Assembly: GCA_050950825.1 (NCBI GenBank)
Contig: JBMNIH010000006.1
Location: forward strand, 1-64,000
Direction: 5' to 3'
DNA length: 64,000 nt
From: Clostridia bacterium
GTDB taxonomy: Bacteria; Bacillota; Clostridia; JAAYHZ01
Below, piece by piece: positions 48,761 to 59,600 of this stretch; within the stretch, counting starts at the first letter, position 1; every line of letters starts with the position of its first letter. The notes below the pieces were generated by a model. The model saw nothing but the letters and a program-made list of their open reading frames with translations. It was not told the DNA's origin and did no database searches. The translations under genes were made by a program, and so were the position numbers.

Positions 48761-51700
48761 ATGGCAGGCGGTCAATATTTTAACCCCGAAAAGGTAGAAT
48801 GCATTCGTAAAAACATTGCTTCCTATGATTGGGCGAAAGCCCTTTCCAAGGAAGCCGTAGACAAGGCCGATACGTTGATCGGCTACGGTAAACACTATTG
48901 GTGGACGCTTCCTACCCCTAACGAGCTGCCTCGATGTTTAACCCCGGGACACATTAACAGCGGGTGTCCTTTTTGCGGCGACGAGAACTTTTTGAAGTTC
49001 GGAAGCAGAGGCTGGATTCCTCATATCGTAGGGAACAAGTGGAAGATGGAATGTAAAAATTGCGGCGGAATATTCCCTTCCAACGACTTTAAAAGCTATT
49101 ACGAATCCGGGTTGGACGAATTGGGAATTTTCCGCAGCAGCAAGGCCGACCCGTCCTACTTGGTCAACACCCTGTACCCGGAAAAAGGTCCGGACTATAT
49201 GGTGGATGACGGAAGAGGCTATGTGGATGAAACGAACAACCGTTGGTCCTTTGTCGCCTTTTATAACCACTACGGTTTATGGGCAAACTGGGACGACGAC
49301 GGAATCGACGGCGGAATCATCCTAAGCGGGGCCAAGAAGATGTCCGAGGCTTACGTATATACCGGCAAAACGATTTATGCATTGTACTGCTTGCTTCTGC
49401 TATATAAGGTGGCACTTCTTTATCCGGATTTGGACTTGAACGTTTGGATGAGGCTACCCGGAAGACCCTACCGCAATACCGACGGTTTTTCCTTGCAGGG
49501 GAAGGCTACGGGAAGAATATGCGAGGCCATTCTTGCGAGAAATCTTTGCATGGCGGCGGATGCGGTAATGCCGGTGCTGCGTACCCATAAAGAAGAAGCG
49601 GAAAGCTTCTTTTCGGAGTTTGCTTCGGTTGATGCGGAGCAAATTGAAGAAACCATTGTTGACGGCTTGCTAAGGCAGGTTTTCATCGGCGTTCAAAACG
49701 GCAGCATCGGCGGAAACGAGGGTATGTACCAAAGCGCGCTGGCCATAGCCGCCGTTTGCATGGGCGAATGCGAGGAATCGAAAAAATGGATCGAGTGGCT
49801 TTTTCAAGACGGTGAAGTCATTGCAAAAAACGACCCTATAAGAGTTCGAACGGAGCGGAAAACCGGCGGCAATTTGCTCGGAATTTTGTACGATAAAGTC
49901 AACGGAGACGGCTTCGGTAACGAAATCTCTCCTACCTATAATCGGATCTGGCTGGTGGAGTTTTCAAGGATAGCGGATATTCTTTCCAAGTATCCGGGTA
50001 TCAAGGGAACGAAATACGATTTGAATACTTTACCGAAAATGAAGAAAATGTATAAAAGCTACCCGAATATCGTAATCGACAGAGACTATGTTCCCAAAAA
50101 CGGAGATACCGGAAGAACCGGAGATCCTTTATATGTTTTTGAAGACGGTTTGCACCAAAAAATATTATTAACGGGATACGAAGCCACCGGAGATATGGAC
50201 ATTCTAAAGTATTACAATATTTGCTTCCCGGAATCGAAGAACGGCGTTTTCGGATTTTTAGATATCGAGGATCCGAAAAAAACGATGAGCCTTTTGCAAA
50301 AGGCGGCGGAAGAAGAGTTTGTCCATAAAGAATCCGTCAACTTGGCAGACTACGGGAATGCACTCCTTCGGTCCGATCTTCTCGGAGGATTAAATCTTCA
50401 CATGTATTACGGAAGGACCAAAGGCCACGGGCATATGGACAAAATGAATTTTGAAATCATCGCCAACCGTATCAACTATACCCCGGATTTAGGTTATCCG
50501 GAATACGCGGAGCAATTCCCCAAACGATACGAATGGACCTCTCATACCATAAGTCACAATACCGTCATGGTCGACCTGTCGGCCCAAAACGGAACGGACT
50601 ATGCAGGGTATCCTATCGGATACGAAGACGGTCCCGTTGTAAAATATATCGAAGCGGATGACCCGAGTGTTTACGACCAAACGAATATGTACCGAAGAGC
50701 AATGTGCACCGTGGAAACTTCCCCCGGGAAAGGCTATGTGGCGGATTTTTTCCGTGTTCAAGGGGGATCCGCTCACGAGCTTTCTTTCCACGGAGGGGAG
50801 GGTAACGTTACGGTCGAAGGCATTGAATTAATCCCTCAGAAGAAAGGAACCCTTCAAGGAGAGGACACGGAATTCGGCCGGCGAAAAGATAGAAAAACGG
50901 TGATGTTCGACTTTTCCTTAGGCCGCGGAAACGGGTACCATTACCTTTACGACGTGGCAAAGGCCGAAAAGCCTTGCGGATATGTAAAGCTTACGTATTG
51001 TATTAAAGATACATGGGCTCAAAGAACCGGGTTGGAAGGCAAGCCCTATCTTGATGCCTATTTTCTCACGGAAACGGACCGAACCGTTATCGCCAAAGGG
51101 CAGCCTCCCGTAAACAAAATCGGCAATCCTCCTTACCTTTACTATTACTTAGGAAGAAGGCAAGGGGAGGATTTAAAAAGCAACTTCGTTTCCGTATACG
51201 AGCCGTATATCGACAATTCCGAGATTCGATCGGTGGAAAAGGCGCCTTTCAAAGACGCCGTGGACGAGTTTGAAGCGGTTTGCGTAAAGGTGACATTAAC
51301 CGACGGACGTGTCGATTATCTTTTCCACTCCCTTAACGAAGAAACGTCGTTTACCGTCCGGGACGGGCTTGAATTCAAAGGACGCTTAGGGTTTGTGCGA
51401 TTCAAGGACGGACGCATCCTTCATGCCTTTTTATCCTGCGGGGAATATATCAAAGCGGAGGGGAAAACGATATTGGAAGCTTCCGTTCCCGCCGTTACAG
51501 GATATACGGTAGATTTTCAGAAGAATCCGGACTCTATAAACTACATTGACGTAGCGATACGGGAAAACACCCTGCCGAAGTCCTTGCCCGATTTATTGGG
51601 AAGATACATTTATATCGAAACGAAGAGGCCCGGAAACGCCGTTTATCAAATCCAAGACATACAATCCGGTAAAAACGGAAAATTCCGAATCATTATCGAC

Positions 51701-51808
51701 GAAACTCCTATTCGAGGATACAAAAACGGCGTCAACGGAAAAGACGGATTCTCCTATCGTTTTGAGGAAGGTGCGGCATTTACGATACCCTTAAGCTTTT
51801 CCTTGTAA
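48761..51808 (+). CDS. Heparinase II/III-like polysaccharide lyase, no signal peptide
   Basis: GHGHMD..DLGYP..SHNTVMVD motif; GNEGMYQ. Confidence 0.78.
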   Translation: MAGGQYFNPEKVECIRKNIASYDWAKALSKEAVDKADTLIGYGKHYWWTLPTPNELPRCLTPGHINSGCPFCGDENFLKFGSRGWIPHIVGNKWKMECKNCGGIFPSNDFKSYYESGLDELGIFRSSKADPSYLVNTLYPEKGPDYMVDDGRGYVDETNNRWSFVAFYNHYGLWANWDDDGIDGGIILSGAKKMSEAYVYTGKTIYALYCLLLLYKVALLYPDLDLNVWMRLPGRPYRNTDGFSLQGKATGRICEAILARNLCMAADAVMPVLRTHKEEAESFFSEFASVDAEQIEETIVDGLLRQVFIGVQNGSIGGNEGMYQSALAIAAVCMGECEESKKWIEWLFQDGEVIAKNDPIRVRTERKTGGNLLGILYDKVNGDGFGNEISPTYNRIWLVEFSRIADILSKYPGIKGTKYDLNTLPKMKKMYKSYPNIVIDRDYVPKNGDTGRTGDPLYVFEDGLHQKILLTGYEATGDMDILKYYNICFPESKNGVFGFLDIEDPKKTMSLLQKAAEEEFVHKESVNLADYGNALLRSDLLGGLNLHMYYGRTKGHGHMDKMNFEIIANRINYTPDLGYPEYAEQFPKRYEWTSHTISHNTVMVDLSAQNGTDYAGYPIGYEDGPVVKYIEADDPSVYDQTNMYRRAMCTVETSPGKGYVADFFRVQGGSAHELSFHGGEGNVTVEGIELIPQKKGTLQGEDTEFGRRKDRKTVMFDFSLGRGNGYHYLYDVAKAEKPCGYVKLTYCIKDTWAQRTGLEGKPYLDAYFLTETDRTVIAKGQPPVNKIGNPPYLYYYLGRRQGEDLKSNFVSVYEPYIDNSEIRSVEKAPFKDAVDEFEAVCVKVTLTDGRVDYLFHSLNEETSFTVRDGLEFKGRLGFVRFKDGRILHAFLSCGEYIKAEGKTILEASVPAVTGYTVDFQKNPDSINYIDVAIRENTLPKSLPDLLGRYIYIETKRPGNAVYQIQDIQSGKNGKFRIIIDETPIRGYKNGVNGKDGFSYRFEEGAAFTIPLSFSL

Positions 51809-51843
51809 ACCAAAGATTTGCTATTCCTTCCTGTTTACGTACA

Positions 51844-51883
51844 AGCGGTCTTAAGCAATTTTGCAGCAAGACCGCTTTTTTTT
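51844..51883 (+). terminator. Rho-independent terminator
   Basis: AAGCGGTCTT..AAGACCGCTTTTTTT. Confidence 0.75.
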
Positions 51884-52122
51884 CACGCTTTTTTCATAAA
51901 AATGAATGTAAAAAAACATGAAAAATATTAAATTTTAGAATCTTTTTCTATTGACGAATCGTCAATTTTAATGATACTATGAACGTATCGTAGATAATTG
52001 GAGAAATATAACTTTATCAGAAAATACAGGGGGTGGTTCTCTTTCTTTAAATGTAATCGTTTGTGATCATTTCTTCGATTCTTTTTCACTTCATCAAAAA
52101 TTTCAACAAGGAGGAATAGGGC

Positions 52123-55100
52123 ATGAATGTTTTCTCGAAAAGCAGAAGATTTATGAAAATAGGATCCTTCCTGTTTGCAACGGTGTTCCTTATCAACGTT
52201 TTTACTACCGTCGCAATGGCCGATGAACAAAACGTTCCGGAAATACTCGAAGACCTTTCCGCCGAAACGGGTATGACATTGCTTTCGGCAGGGGAGCCGA
52301 ATGCCATACAATGCGGTACCATGACATCCACCAAAGGGTTTGCAAGAAAACCCGTACAGCCGCCCGACTCGGATGAGTATTTCATCAACTTCCACTATAT
52401 GTACCCGACGGGCGCAGGTATGGACGGGTTTGCTCTTTGGGGCTCTTATGATGGAGCGGAATACGATGACCTTCTGCTGTACCAGACCGGCGATCGTATC
52501 GATGCACGCGTAGCCAATAACAGACAGGAATTTGTGGACATTACCCTCGAGCCGGACGTATGGCACAACATATTGATCCACGTGAAGGCGGACGGAACCG
52601 TTTCCTTGTATATAAATGGCGTTCAGGCGAAAATCGGAAATGCATACAGCCAGCCTCAGCTAGGAAACGGCAAGATACAAGCTTTAGGCTATTTCGGAGA
52701 CCTGAGCACCGCCGCTCATAACGGTATGGCCTATTACGACAATATTCGTCTGTTCACAAAAGACGAAATCTTGGTATCCGAAGACTTTAACGGTCCCATC
52801 TCCGACTGGACCTTTTACACAACGGCCTTTTTAGCGAGCCCTTCCGTAAATATCGATATGCCGGTATTTGAATCGCTGGAGATTGTCCCCGAAAAAGGAG
52901 GTTTGATGACGGGAACCGGAACGAAGCTTCACATCAACGGGTATTGGAGCGACGGAACCAAGATTGTTACGGATACGGCCAAATCCGTCATCGTCGAAAG
53001 CGACAATCCGGAGGTTTTGAAGGTACAAGAAGAAAACGGAGAATATTTTGTTCATGCCGTCGGTGTCGGTTCCGCCGTTATCACCGCCAAGGTTCAAATT
53101 CATGATACGGAGCAAACGGCATCCGTGGAAATCGCCGCATCGGACGAGCCTTTCCTTTACGATATCGCCCTTCAAGCGGATAGAACCGTCCTTCTTCCTC
53201 AAGACACGGAAAGAATTTTCGTGTCGGGTCTTTTAACGGACGATACGACGACGGATATCGTTCCGGAAAGCATCACATACATAAGCACCGATCCTTCCGT
53301 CGTATCCGTATATACGGACGAATACGGAATCGTTTACGCAAAGGCGGAAGGAATCGGACAAGCCCGTATTATCGCTCATGCCGTCATCGACGGAAAAGCA
53401 ATGGAAAGCTCGATCCGGTTTTCCGTCGTGGATTTCGCCGGAATTACGCTTTCCGCACCGAAGAACAATCTGTTTATCGGTGATATACAAAAAATTAACG
53501 TTACCGGATATCTTACCGACGGAAGCGAGATCTCCCTTATCAATGCGGATTCGATGGGAGCATACAGTAACAATGAAAATGTCGCCGTCGTTTCCGTTAT
53601 AGACGGCATTCCTACGGTAACCGTAACCGGAGTCGGTACGGCGACCGTTACCGTAGAGGTTACCTTGCGCGGTACCGTCAAAAGCGGACAAATATCCTTT
53701 ACGGGGAATGAAATAACGAATTCCAAAACCCGTAGGACCTACTATAGAGACGACAAGGTGGAAGCGGCAAGAAGAAACGTGGAAATCTACGATTGGGCGC
53801 AATCCGTAAAAGATGCCGCCGTAGCCAAGGCCGATGTTTACGTTAATTTAGGATACGACTTTTTATGGAATTTGGTTACGCCCCAAAGCATACCTCGAAG
53901 CTACGGCGTGAACCAGACCTACGGCTGCCTTAACTGCGGGAACGCCATCGACGCCTTCGGAAACTATCCGTATTTGGCGGATCCCATAAACGACCCGTGG
54001 AAGCTGGAATGCCCAAGCTGCCATATGAAGTTCCCCACCAACGATTTTGCCGCTTACTATGAAAGCGGAAAAGACGAGCACGGCATCTTCCGACCGGAGC
54101 TTGCGGACAGAAGCCTTCTTGTCAATACCTTGTATCCGGAAAAAGGAGAAACCTGGGGAGTGGACGACGGCTTCGGATACGTCCATACCAACGGAAGAAA
54201 GTACACCTTTATCGCCTACTACAACCATTGGCACGTATGGTACGGCGGTATCGTCTCCACGGCGCTGAATAATTTGAGAGATGCCTACATATATACCGGG
54301 GACATGAAATACGCCCGCGCGGGGATTATCCTTTTGGACCGTGTGGCGGACGTCTATCCGGATATGGATATATGGCCTTACAAGATCGCCGACGGCTTTT
54401 TGAACAGCAACGGAAACTCCAACCGAGGAAAAGTGGTGGGAAGCATCTGGGAAACCGGATTGGCCCGTGACTTTTTGAAAGATTACGATGCCTTCTTCCC
54501 TGCCATGGACGACCCCGAGACGATTTCCTTCCTGTCGCAAAAAGCGGATGAATACGGTTTAAGCGTATTGAAGAAAAGCGGAACCGGTATCCGCAGAAAT
54601 ATCGAAGACGGTATCGTAAGGCAAATTTTCCCTGCCGTCAAGGATGCGAAGATACGAGGCAACAACGGAATGCACCAAAGCACCCTTGCCATGGCGGCTG
54701 TTGTTTTGGATACCATGCCGGAGACCAAGGAATGGCTGGATTTTAACTTCCAATCCGGAACGGCGAGCGCAAACGCGGTAACGGGAGGCAACATTCTTGC
54801 TTCCTTTGTCAATGACGTGGACCGCGACGGACACGGAAACGAAGCGGCTCCCGGATATAACCGGTTGTGGTTAGGACAATACATTGAAGTCGCCAACATC
54901 TTGGACGGATACGATTTGTATCCTGCAGCGGACCTTTACGAAAATCCCAAGTTTAAAAAGATGTTCTATTCCATGATATCGGTACTGCTTACCGACAAGT
55001 ACAGCGCCTTGATCGGTGATACCGGATCCACGGGAAATCCCGGTGTTTTCGTTGACATCAACCAGACGATTTTGGCGTTCGAGCGCTACAAAGACCCTCT

Positions 55101-57681
55101 CCTTGCCCAAATCATATACTTTTTAAACGGCAACCGTACGGAAGGCATTCACGGCAACATCTTCTCAAGCAATCCGGACAGCGTGGCAAATGAAATTCAA
55201 GCCGTGATCGATACCTACGGAACATTCAAGCCGGAAAGCGACAATGCAACCGGATACGGTCTGGCGGTTTTAAGAGACGGCGACAACATTACCGTTGATT
55301 TCGGCATCAATTACGAGTTCATTTTGCTTCCCGTTTCGGATTCCTCCAAGGAAGTGAAAAACTTCATGAACAACCGCACGGCGCAGTTGGAAGCCTCCGA
55401 AGTCGGGGATTACGCTTCGTTCTTATTCGAAGTTTTGGAAACGGACCTTTACGAGATGGATCTGAAGCACTTGAAGGCCGGTTCCTACGGCATCTATGAC
55501 GTATACCTTGACGGGGAATACCTATGCCGGATCGACTTTTGCGGAAGCGGTATGACCGTGGAAAAATTGGCCGACAGGATCCTTGAGGCCGGTGTTCATG
55601 AAATCCGCTTCGAATGCGTCGGAAAACTCGACATATCCACCAACTACAAAATGGGCGTTACGAAGCTCTTGCTGTTGGATGAACAAGCACGGTACTTAAA
55701 AGATACGACGGAGGTCGGAGATACCCAAAGAGCCGTGTGGATGTATTACGGCGTCACAAGCGGCCACGGACATGCGGACACATTGAACTTAGGAATCCAC
55801 GGCTTCGGGTTAGACCTGACCCCCGAGTTAGGGTATCCGGAATATGCGGACTCTACGCCCCACCGACTGGAATGGGTCAGCAATACCGTTAGCCATAATA
55901 CGGTGGTTGTTAACAAGTCCAAGCAAGATACGGCAAACAAAGTGGAAGACCCGCTTCATTTCGATGCCGGCGACATGGTGCAGCTGACGGACGTCAATGC
56001 TCCGAAGGCGTATCGGTCGAAAAACGCGGAATACAGGCGTACCTCCGCCATGATCAAGGTGGACTCCAAGAACTTCTACGTGGTGGATTTCTTTAGAGTC
56101 AAAGGCGGAAACGATCATCATTTCAGCTTCCACGGTGCCGAAGGAACCGTAACCGTAGAAGGGCTGAATCTTGTTCCCCAAGCGGATGCCTTCGGCAACT
56201 ACATCGGCACTTACGCAGGACCGGATACGGAATTCGGTATCAGGCCTTCGGATGATACCGGAAACAGCGGGTTCCATTGGCTTATCAATGTTCGAAAGGA
56301 CGATTCTCCGGGAGACGTTTTCAGCGTGGACTGGAACGTAAAAGATACGTGGAACGCTTTGGGGAAAGGATACAATGCACAGACGGACATTCACTTAAGG
56401 CTGACGATGTTAGAGCAAACCGACAGCGTGGCCATCGCCACCGGAATTCCTCCGAGAAACAAGCCCGGAAATCCCTCCGAGTTAGAGTACTTGATCGCTC
56501 ACCGAAGCGGAAGCAACCTAGACAGCCTTTTCACATCGGTCATCGAGCCTTACGAAGGAGAACGATTCATCTCTCATATCGAAAAGGTCTCATTAACCGT
56601 GGACGGTCAACCCTTCGAGGGTAACGACGCAAGAGCCGTGAAGGTGGTATTTACGGACGGAAGAGTCGACTACATCGTGTACTCCTTAAATAACCAAAGA
56701 ATTTATACGGTGGACGGCAAATTCTCGTTCCAAGGCTTCTTCGGCGTATACTCGGAAAGAGACGGAATACCTTACTACAGCTACATCAACGACGGGTATT
56801 TCATCGGCGAATTGACGGAAGCCTCCGTGCCCTCCTATACGGGGACGGTTCTTGACTTTACGAAGTCGTTAAGCCTTGAAAACGATATTACCGTTGCCAT
56901 CGACGGCGAATTCGATCCCGTGCAGCTTATCGGAAGATACATCTACGTGGAAAATGACGGCGTGAGAAACGCCGTGTATCGGATCAAGGGAATCAAAGAA
57001 ATCGTAGGAAACACCGTCGTATTGGATATCGGGGACGTTACTACCGTCCGAAGATGGGTGGACACCAACGACTTTTCCAAAGGCTTCGTCTACGACTTGG
57101 CGGAAGGCCGTCGTTTCACCATACCGTTGTCCAACGAATACCTGTCACCCTTTACGGATGCGTCTTTATCCGTAGACAAGACCGAGTTAATTCGCGGACA
57201 GACGGCGAACGTTTCGGTGGATGCAAGATTCCAATCCGGAGCACCGATTCCCATGGATAAGGCTACGGTGGAAATCATCAGCTCCGACCCGGATGTCATT
57301 CGCGTAAGAAACGGTGTTTTGGAAGGGTTGAACCCCGGAACGGCCAAGATTTATGCGAAAGTAAAATACTTAGGCATCACGGCGGTAACGGAACAAATCG
57401 ATATGACCGTTACCGTAACGGCCGGTACGCTGAACGAAACCGTCGAAGCATTCGTTCAAAGCAACGAGCTTACCATGCCCTTGTCGGTGCAGGTGAGAAA
57501 CAGCCTAAAGCAAGCGGAGCATTTCATTGAAAAAGGAAAGCTTGACAGCGCCATTCATCACTTGGAAAATCTTTTGAAGCACTTGAACAACGAGGCACTG
57601 CAAGAGCATGTCTCGGAAAATGCCAAAAAGACCTTGAATGCGGATGTCAACGGCCTTATTAATCTTTTGAAAGCCCAATAG
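52123..57681 (+). CDS. Secreted multimodular heparinase II/III-like lyase (LamG-like, Ig-like repeats, CBM-like insert, FIMAH-like C-terminus)
   Basis: Signal peptide ending AMA-D; GHGHAD..ELGYP..SHNTVVVN; S.NP.V..V Ig repeats; start could be 52123 or 52153. Confidence 0.8.
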   Translation: MNVFSKSRRFMKIGSFLFATVFLINVFTTVAMADEQNVPEILEDLSAETGMTLLSAGEPNAIQCGTMTSTKGFARKPVQPPDSDEYFINFHYMYPTGAGMDGFALWGSYDGAEYDDLLLYQTGDRIDARVANNRQEFVDITLEPDVWHNILIHVKADGTVSLYINGVQAKIGNAYSQPQLGNGKIQALGYFGDLSTAAHNGMAYYDNIRLFTKDEILVSEDFNGPISDWTFYTTAFLASPSVNIDMPVFESLEIVPEKGGLMTGTGTKLHINGYWSDGTKIVTDTAKSVIVESDNPEVLKVQEENGEYFVHAVGVGSAVITAKVQIHDTEQTASVEIAASDEPFLYDIALQADRTVLLPQDTERIFVSGLLTDDTTTDIVPESITYISTDPSVVSVYTDEYGIVYAKAEGIGQARIIAHAVIDGKAMESSIRFSVVDFAGITLSAPKNNLFIGDIQKINVTGYLTDGSEISLINADSMGAYSNNENVAVVSVIDGIPTVTVTGVGTATVTVEVTLRGTVKSGQISFTGNEITNSKTRRTYYRDDKVEAARRNVEIYDWAQSVKDAAVAKADVYVNLGYDFLWNLVTPQSIPRSYGVNQTYGCLNCGNAIDAFGNYPYLADPINDPWKLECPSCHMKFPTNDFAAYYESGKDEHGIFRPELADRSLLVNTLYPEKGETWGVDDGFGYVHTNGRKYTFIAYYNHWHVWYGGIVSTALNNLRDAYIYTGDMKYARAGIILLDRVADVYPDMDIWPYKIADGFLNSNGNSNRGKVVGSIWETGLARDFLKDYDAFFPAMDDPETISFLSQKADEYGLSVLKKSGTGIRRNIEDGIVRQIFPAVKDAKIRGNNGMHQSTLAMAAVVLDTMPETKEWLDFNFQSGTASANAVTGGNILASFVNDVDRDGHGNEAAPGYNRLWLGQYIEVANILDGYDLYPAADLYENPKFKKMFYSMISVLLTDKYSALIGDTGSTGNPGVFVDINQTILAFERYKDPLLAQIIYFLNGNRTEGIHGNIFSSNPDSVANEIQAVIDTYGTFKPESDNATGYGLAVLRDGDNITVDFGINYEFILLPVSDSSKEVKNFMNNRTAQLEASEVGDYASFLFEVLETDLYEMDLKHLKAGSYGIYDVYLDGEYLCRIDFCGSGMTVEKLADRILEAGVHEIRFECVGKLDISTNYKMGVTKLLLLDEQARYLKDTTEVGDTQRAVWMYYGVTSGHGHADTLNLGIHGFGLDLTPELGYPEYADSTPHRLEWVSNTVSHNTVVVNKSKQDTANKVEDPLHFDAGDMVQLTDVNAPKAYRSKNAEYRRTSAMIKVDSKNFYVVDFFRVKGGNDHHFSFHGAEGTVTVEGLNLVPQADAFGNYIGTYAGPDTEFGIRPSDDTGNSGFHWLINVRKDDSPGDVFSVDWNVKDTWNALGKGYNAQTDIHLRLTMLEQTDSVAIATGIPPRNKPGNPSELEYLIAHRSGSNLDSLFTSVIEPYEGERFISHIEKVSLTVDGQPFEGNDARAVKVVFTDGRVDYIVYSLNNQRIYTVDGKFSFQGFFGVYSERDGIPYYSYINDGYFIGELTEASVPSYTGTVLDFTKSLSLENDITVAIDGEFDPVQLIGRYIYVENDGVRNAVYRIKGIKEIVGNTVVLDIGDVTTVRRWVDTNDFSKGFVYDLAEGRRFTIPLSNEYLSPFTDASLSVDKTELIRGQTANVSVDARFQSGAPIPMDKATVEIISSDPDVIRVRNGVLEGLNPGTAKIYAKVKYLGITAVTEQIDMTVTVTAGTLNETVEAFVQSNELTMPLSVQVRNSLKQAEHFIEKGKLDSAIHHLENLLKHLNNEALQEHVSENAKKTLNADVNGLINLLKAQ

Positions 57682-57889
57682 TAATCCATACTTCCCTATT
57701 TACTCGCAGGCTCTGCAGTTTTCGATTGCAGAGCTTGCCTCTTTATTGCCATTAAATTCTAATGCTAACGGATTTCCGCTTTTAAAAATGAAAACCTTAC
57801 GTTACAATTATATTGAAAAGGATGATAAGACCGGTATTGTCATCCGTAACATGCAGCAAGGAGTACTCAATGTAAGCTTGGAGGAGTCA

Positions 57890-59581
57890 ATGAAAAAACG
57901 TATTTACAACAGCATGCTGCTTTTGGCGCTTATAACCCTCTTCATATCCGCCCTTTTGTTTACCGGTGTCGTCTACGGAGATTTTCACCGGCAAATGAAG
58001 AATAAGGTACAAAACGATGCCTACCTTCTTTCCATAGGCTACGACACCGGCGGAAAAGAGTATTTTTTAAAGGCCGCAAGCCAAAAGGATACGGGAAGAA
58101 TCACTTGGGTTGCCGCCGACGGAGCCATCCTGTATGACAGCGTATCGGATCCTGCGAAAATGGACAATCACAAAAACCGTACGGAAGTCATAAAGGCTCT
58201 GCAAAACGGTTCCGGGGAAGCTTTACGCCGTTCCCACACCTTAGGCGTTAAAAATTATTACTACGCTCTTCTGTTGAATGACGGCACGGTCCTTCGGATT
58301 TCCGTCAATGCCGATTCGGCTATGAAGACTCTTTCCAAATTTTCGCTTCACGGTCTCCTTGTATTGCTTCCGACCATTCTCTTAACGCTTTTTTTGGCCG
58401 GCAAATTGTCCGAAAAAATTATCACCCCCATCAACAATCTTAATTTGGACAATCCCATGACTAATGAGGTGTACGACGAATTGTCGCCTTTGCTGACCCG
58501 AATCGACAAGCAAAACGAGCAAATACGGCTCCAAATGGAGACCATAAAAGAAACGCAGGCGGAGTTTTATGCCATTATCGATAACATCGGAGAAGGAATC
58601 ATCATTCTTAATCACACGGGTCATGTTTTGACGATCAATAAGAGGGCGGCTTCCATACTCAACGTGAGCCCCTCCGACAGTATTAACAAACACATTTTAT
58701 CGCTGAGCCGGGATTCGACTTTCCAACGCGTTGTGGAAAGGGCGACGGAAGGACAAAACAGCGACGATGAATTTATAAAAGGAGATTCTACGTACCGACT
58801 TTTAGCCAGCCCGGTACAATCCGAAAATCCCGTGAAAGGCGTCCTTCTTTTTCTGATGGATGTAACGGAGAAACGGAATGCGGAAAAGCTTAGAAGAGAA
58901 TTTTCGGCCAACGTGTCTCACGAATTGAAAACACCGTTAACCGCCATATTAGGCTATGCGGAGCTTTTAAAAAACGGCTTGGTGCAGGAAAAAGACATAC
59001 GGGATTTTTCAGGCCGTATTTACGATGAAGCAAAGCATATGACAAGCCTCATCGACGATATCATCCGCATATCCCGCTTGGACGAAAAGAACGTGAAGAT
59101 ACCTTATGAAAAAGTCGATTTGTTCAAAATTGCAAAAGACGTTACGGGAAGGTTGACTCCTGCGGCGGTAAAGAAAAACGTTCAAATGACGGTTCAGGGG
59201 GACAGGGGAACCGTTTACGGCGTAAAACGGATTTTGGATGAAGTGATCTACAATTTATGCGACAATGCGGTGAAATACAACAAGGAAAACGGTAAAGTGG
59301 ACATTATCATAAAAGAGTCGGAGGATTATGTAACCCTAACCGTACAGGATACCGGGATCGGAATTCCCGAAGAACACCAAAATCGCGTATTTGAGCGTTT
59401 TTACAGAGTGGACAAGTCTCGGTCCCGGGATGCCGGCGGAACGGGTTTGGGATTGGCCATCGTAAAGCACGGTGTGGAATTTCATAACGGGACGATAAAG
59501 CTAAAGAGCGTACCGGGAGAAGGTACGACCATAACAATCCAATTAAAAAGAAACGACCGGGAAGAAAAAAAGAATGAATAA
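57890..59581 (+). CDS. Sensor histidine kinase (PhoR-like, PAS domain), with no adjacent response regulator
   Basis: ANVSHELKTPL, NLCDNAVKY, DTGIGIP and GGTGLGLAIVKH motifs. Confidence 0.92.
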   Translation: MKKRIYNSMLLLALITLFISALLFTGVVYGDFHRQMKNKVQNDAYLLSIGYDTGGKEYFLKAASQKDTGRITWVAADGAILYDSVSDPAKMDNHKNRTEVIKALQNGSGEALRRSHTLGVKNYYYALLLNDGTVLRISVNADSAMKTLSKFSLHGLLVLLPTILLTLFLAGKLSEKIITPINNLNLDNPMTNEVYDELSPLLTRIDKQNEQIRLQMETIKETQAEFYAIIDNIGEGIIILNHTGHVLTINKRAASILNVSPSDSINKHILSLSRDSTFQRVVERATEGQNSDDEFIKGDSTYRLLASPVQSENPVKGVLLFLMDVTEKRNAEKLRREFSANVSHELKTPLTAILGYAELLKNGLVQEKDIRDFSGRIYDEAKHMTSLIDDIIRISRLDEKNVKIPYEKVDLFKIAKDVTGRLTPAAVKKNVQMTVQGDRGTVYGVKRILDEVIYNLCDNAVKYNKENGKVDIIIKESEDYVTLTVQDTGIGIPEEHQNRVFERFYRVDKSRSRDAGGTGLGLAIVKHGVEFHNGTIKLKSVPGEGTTITIQLKRNDREEKKNE

Positions 59582-59600
59582 ATTCAAGGGAGGTTGCTTT

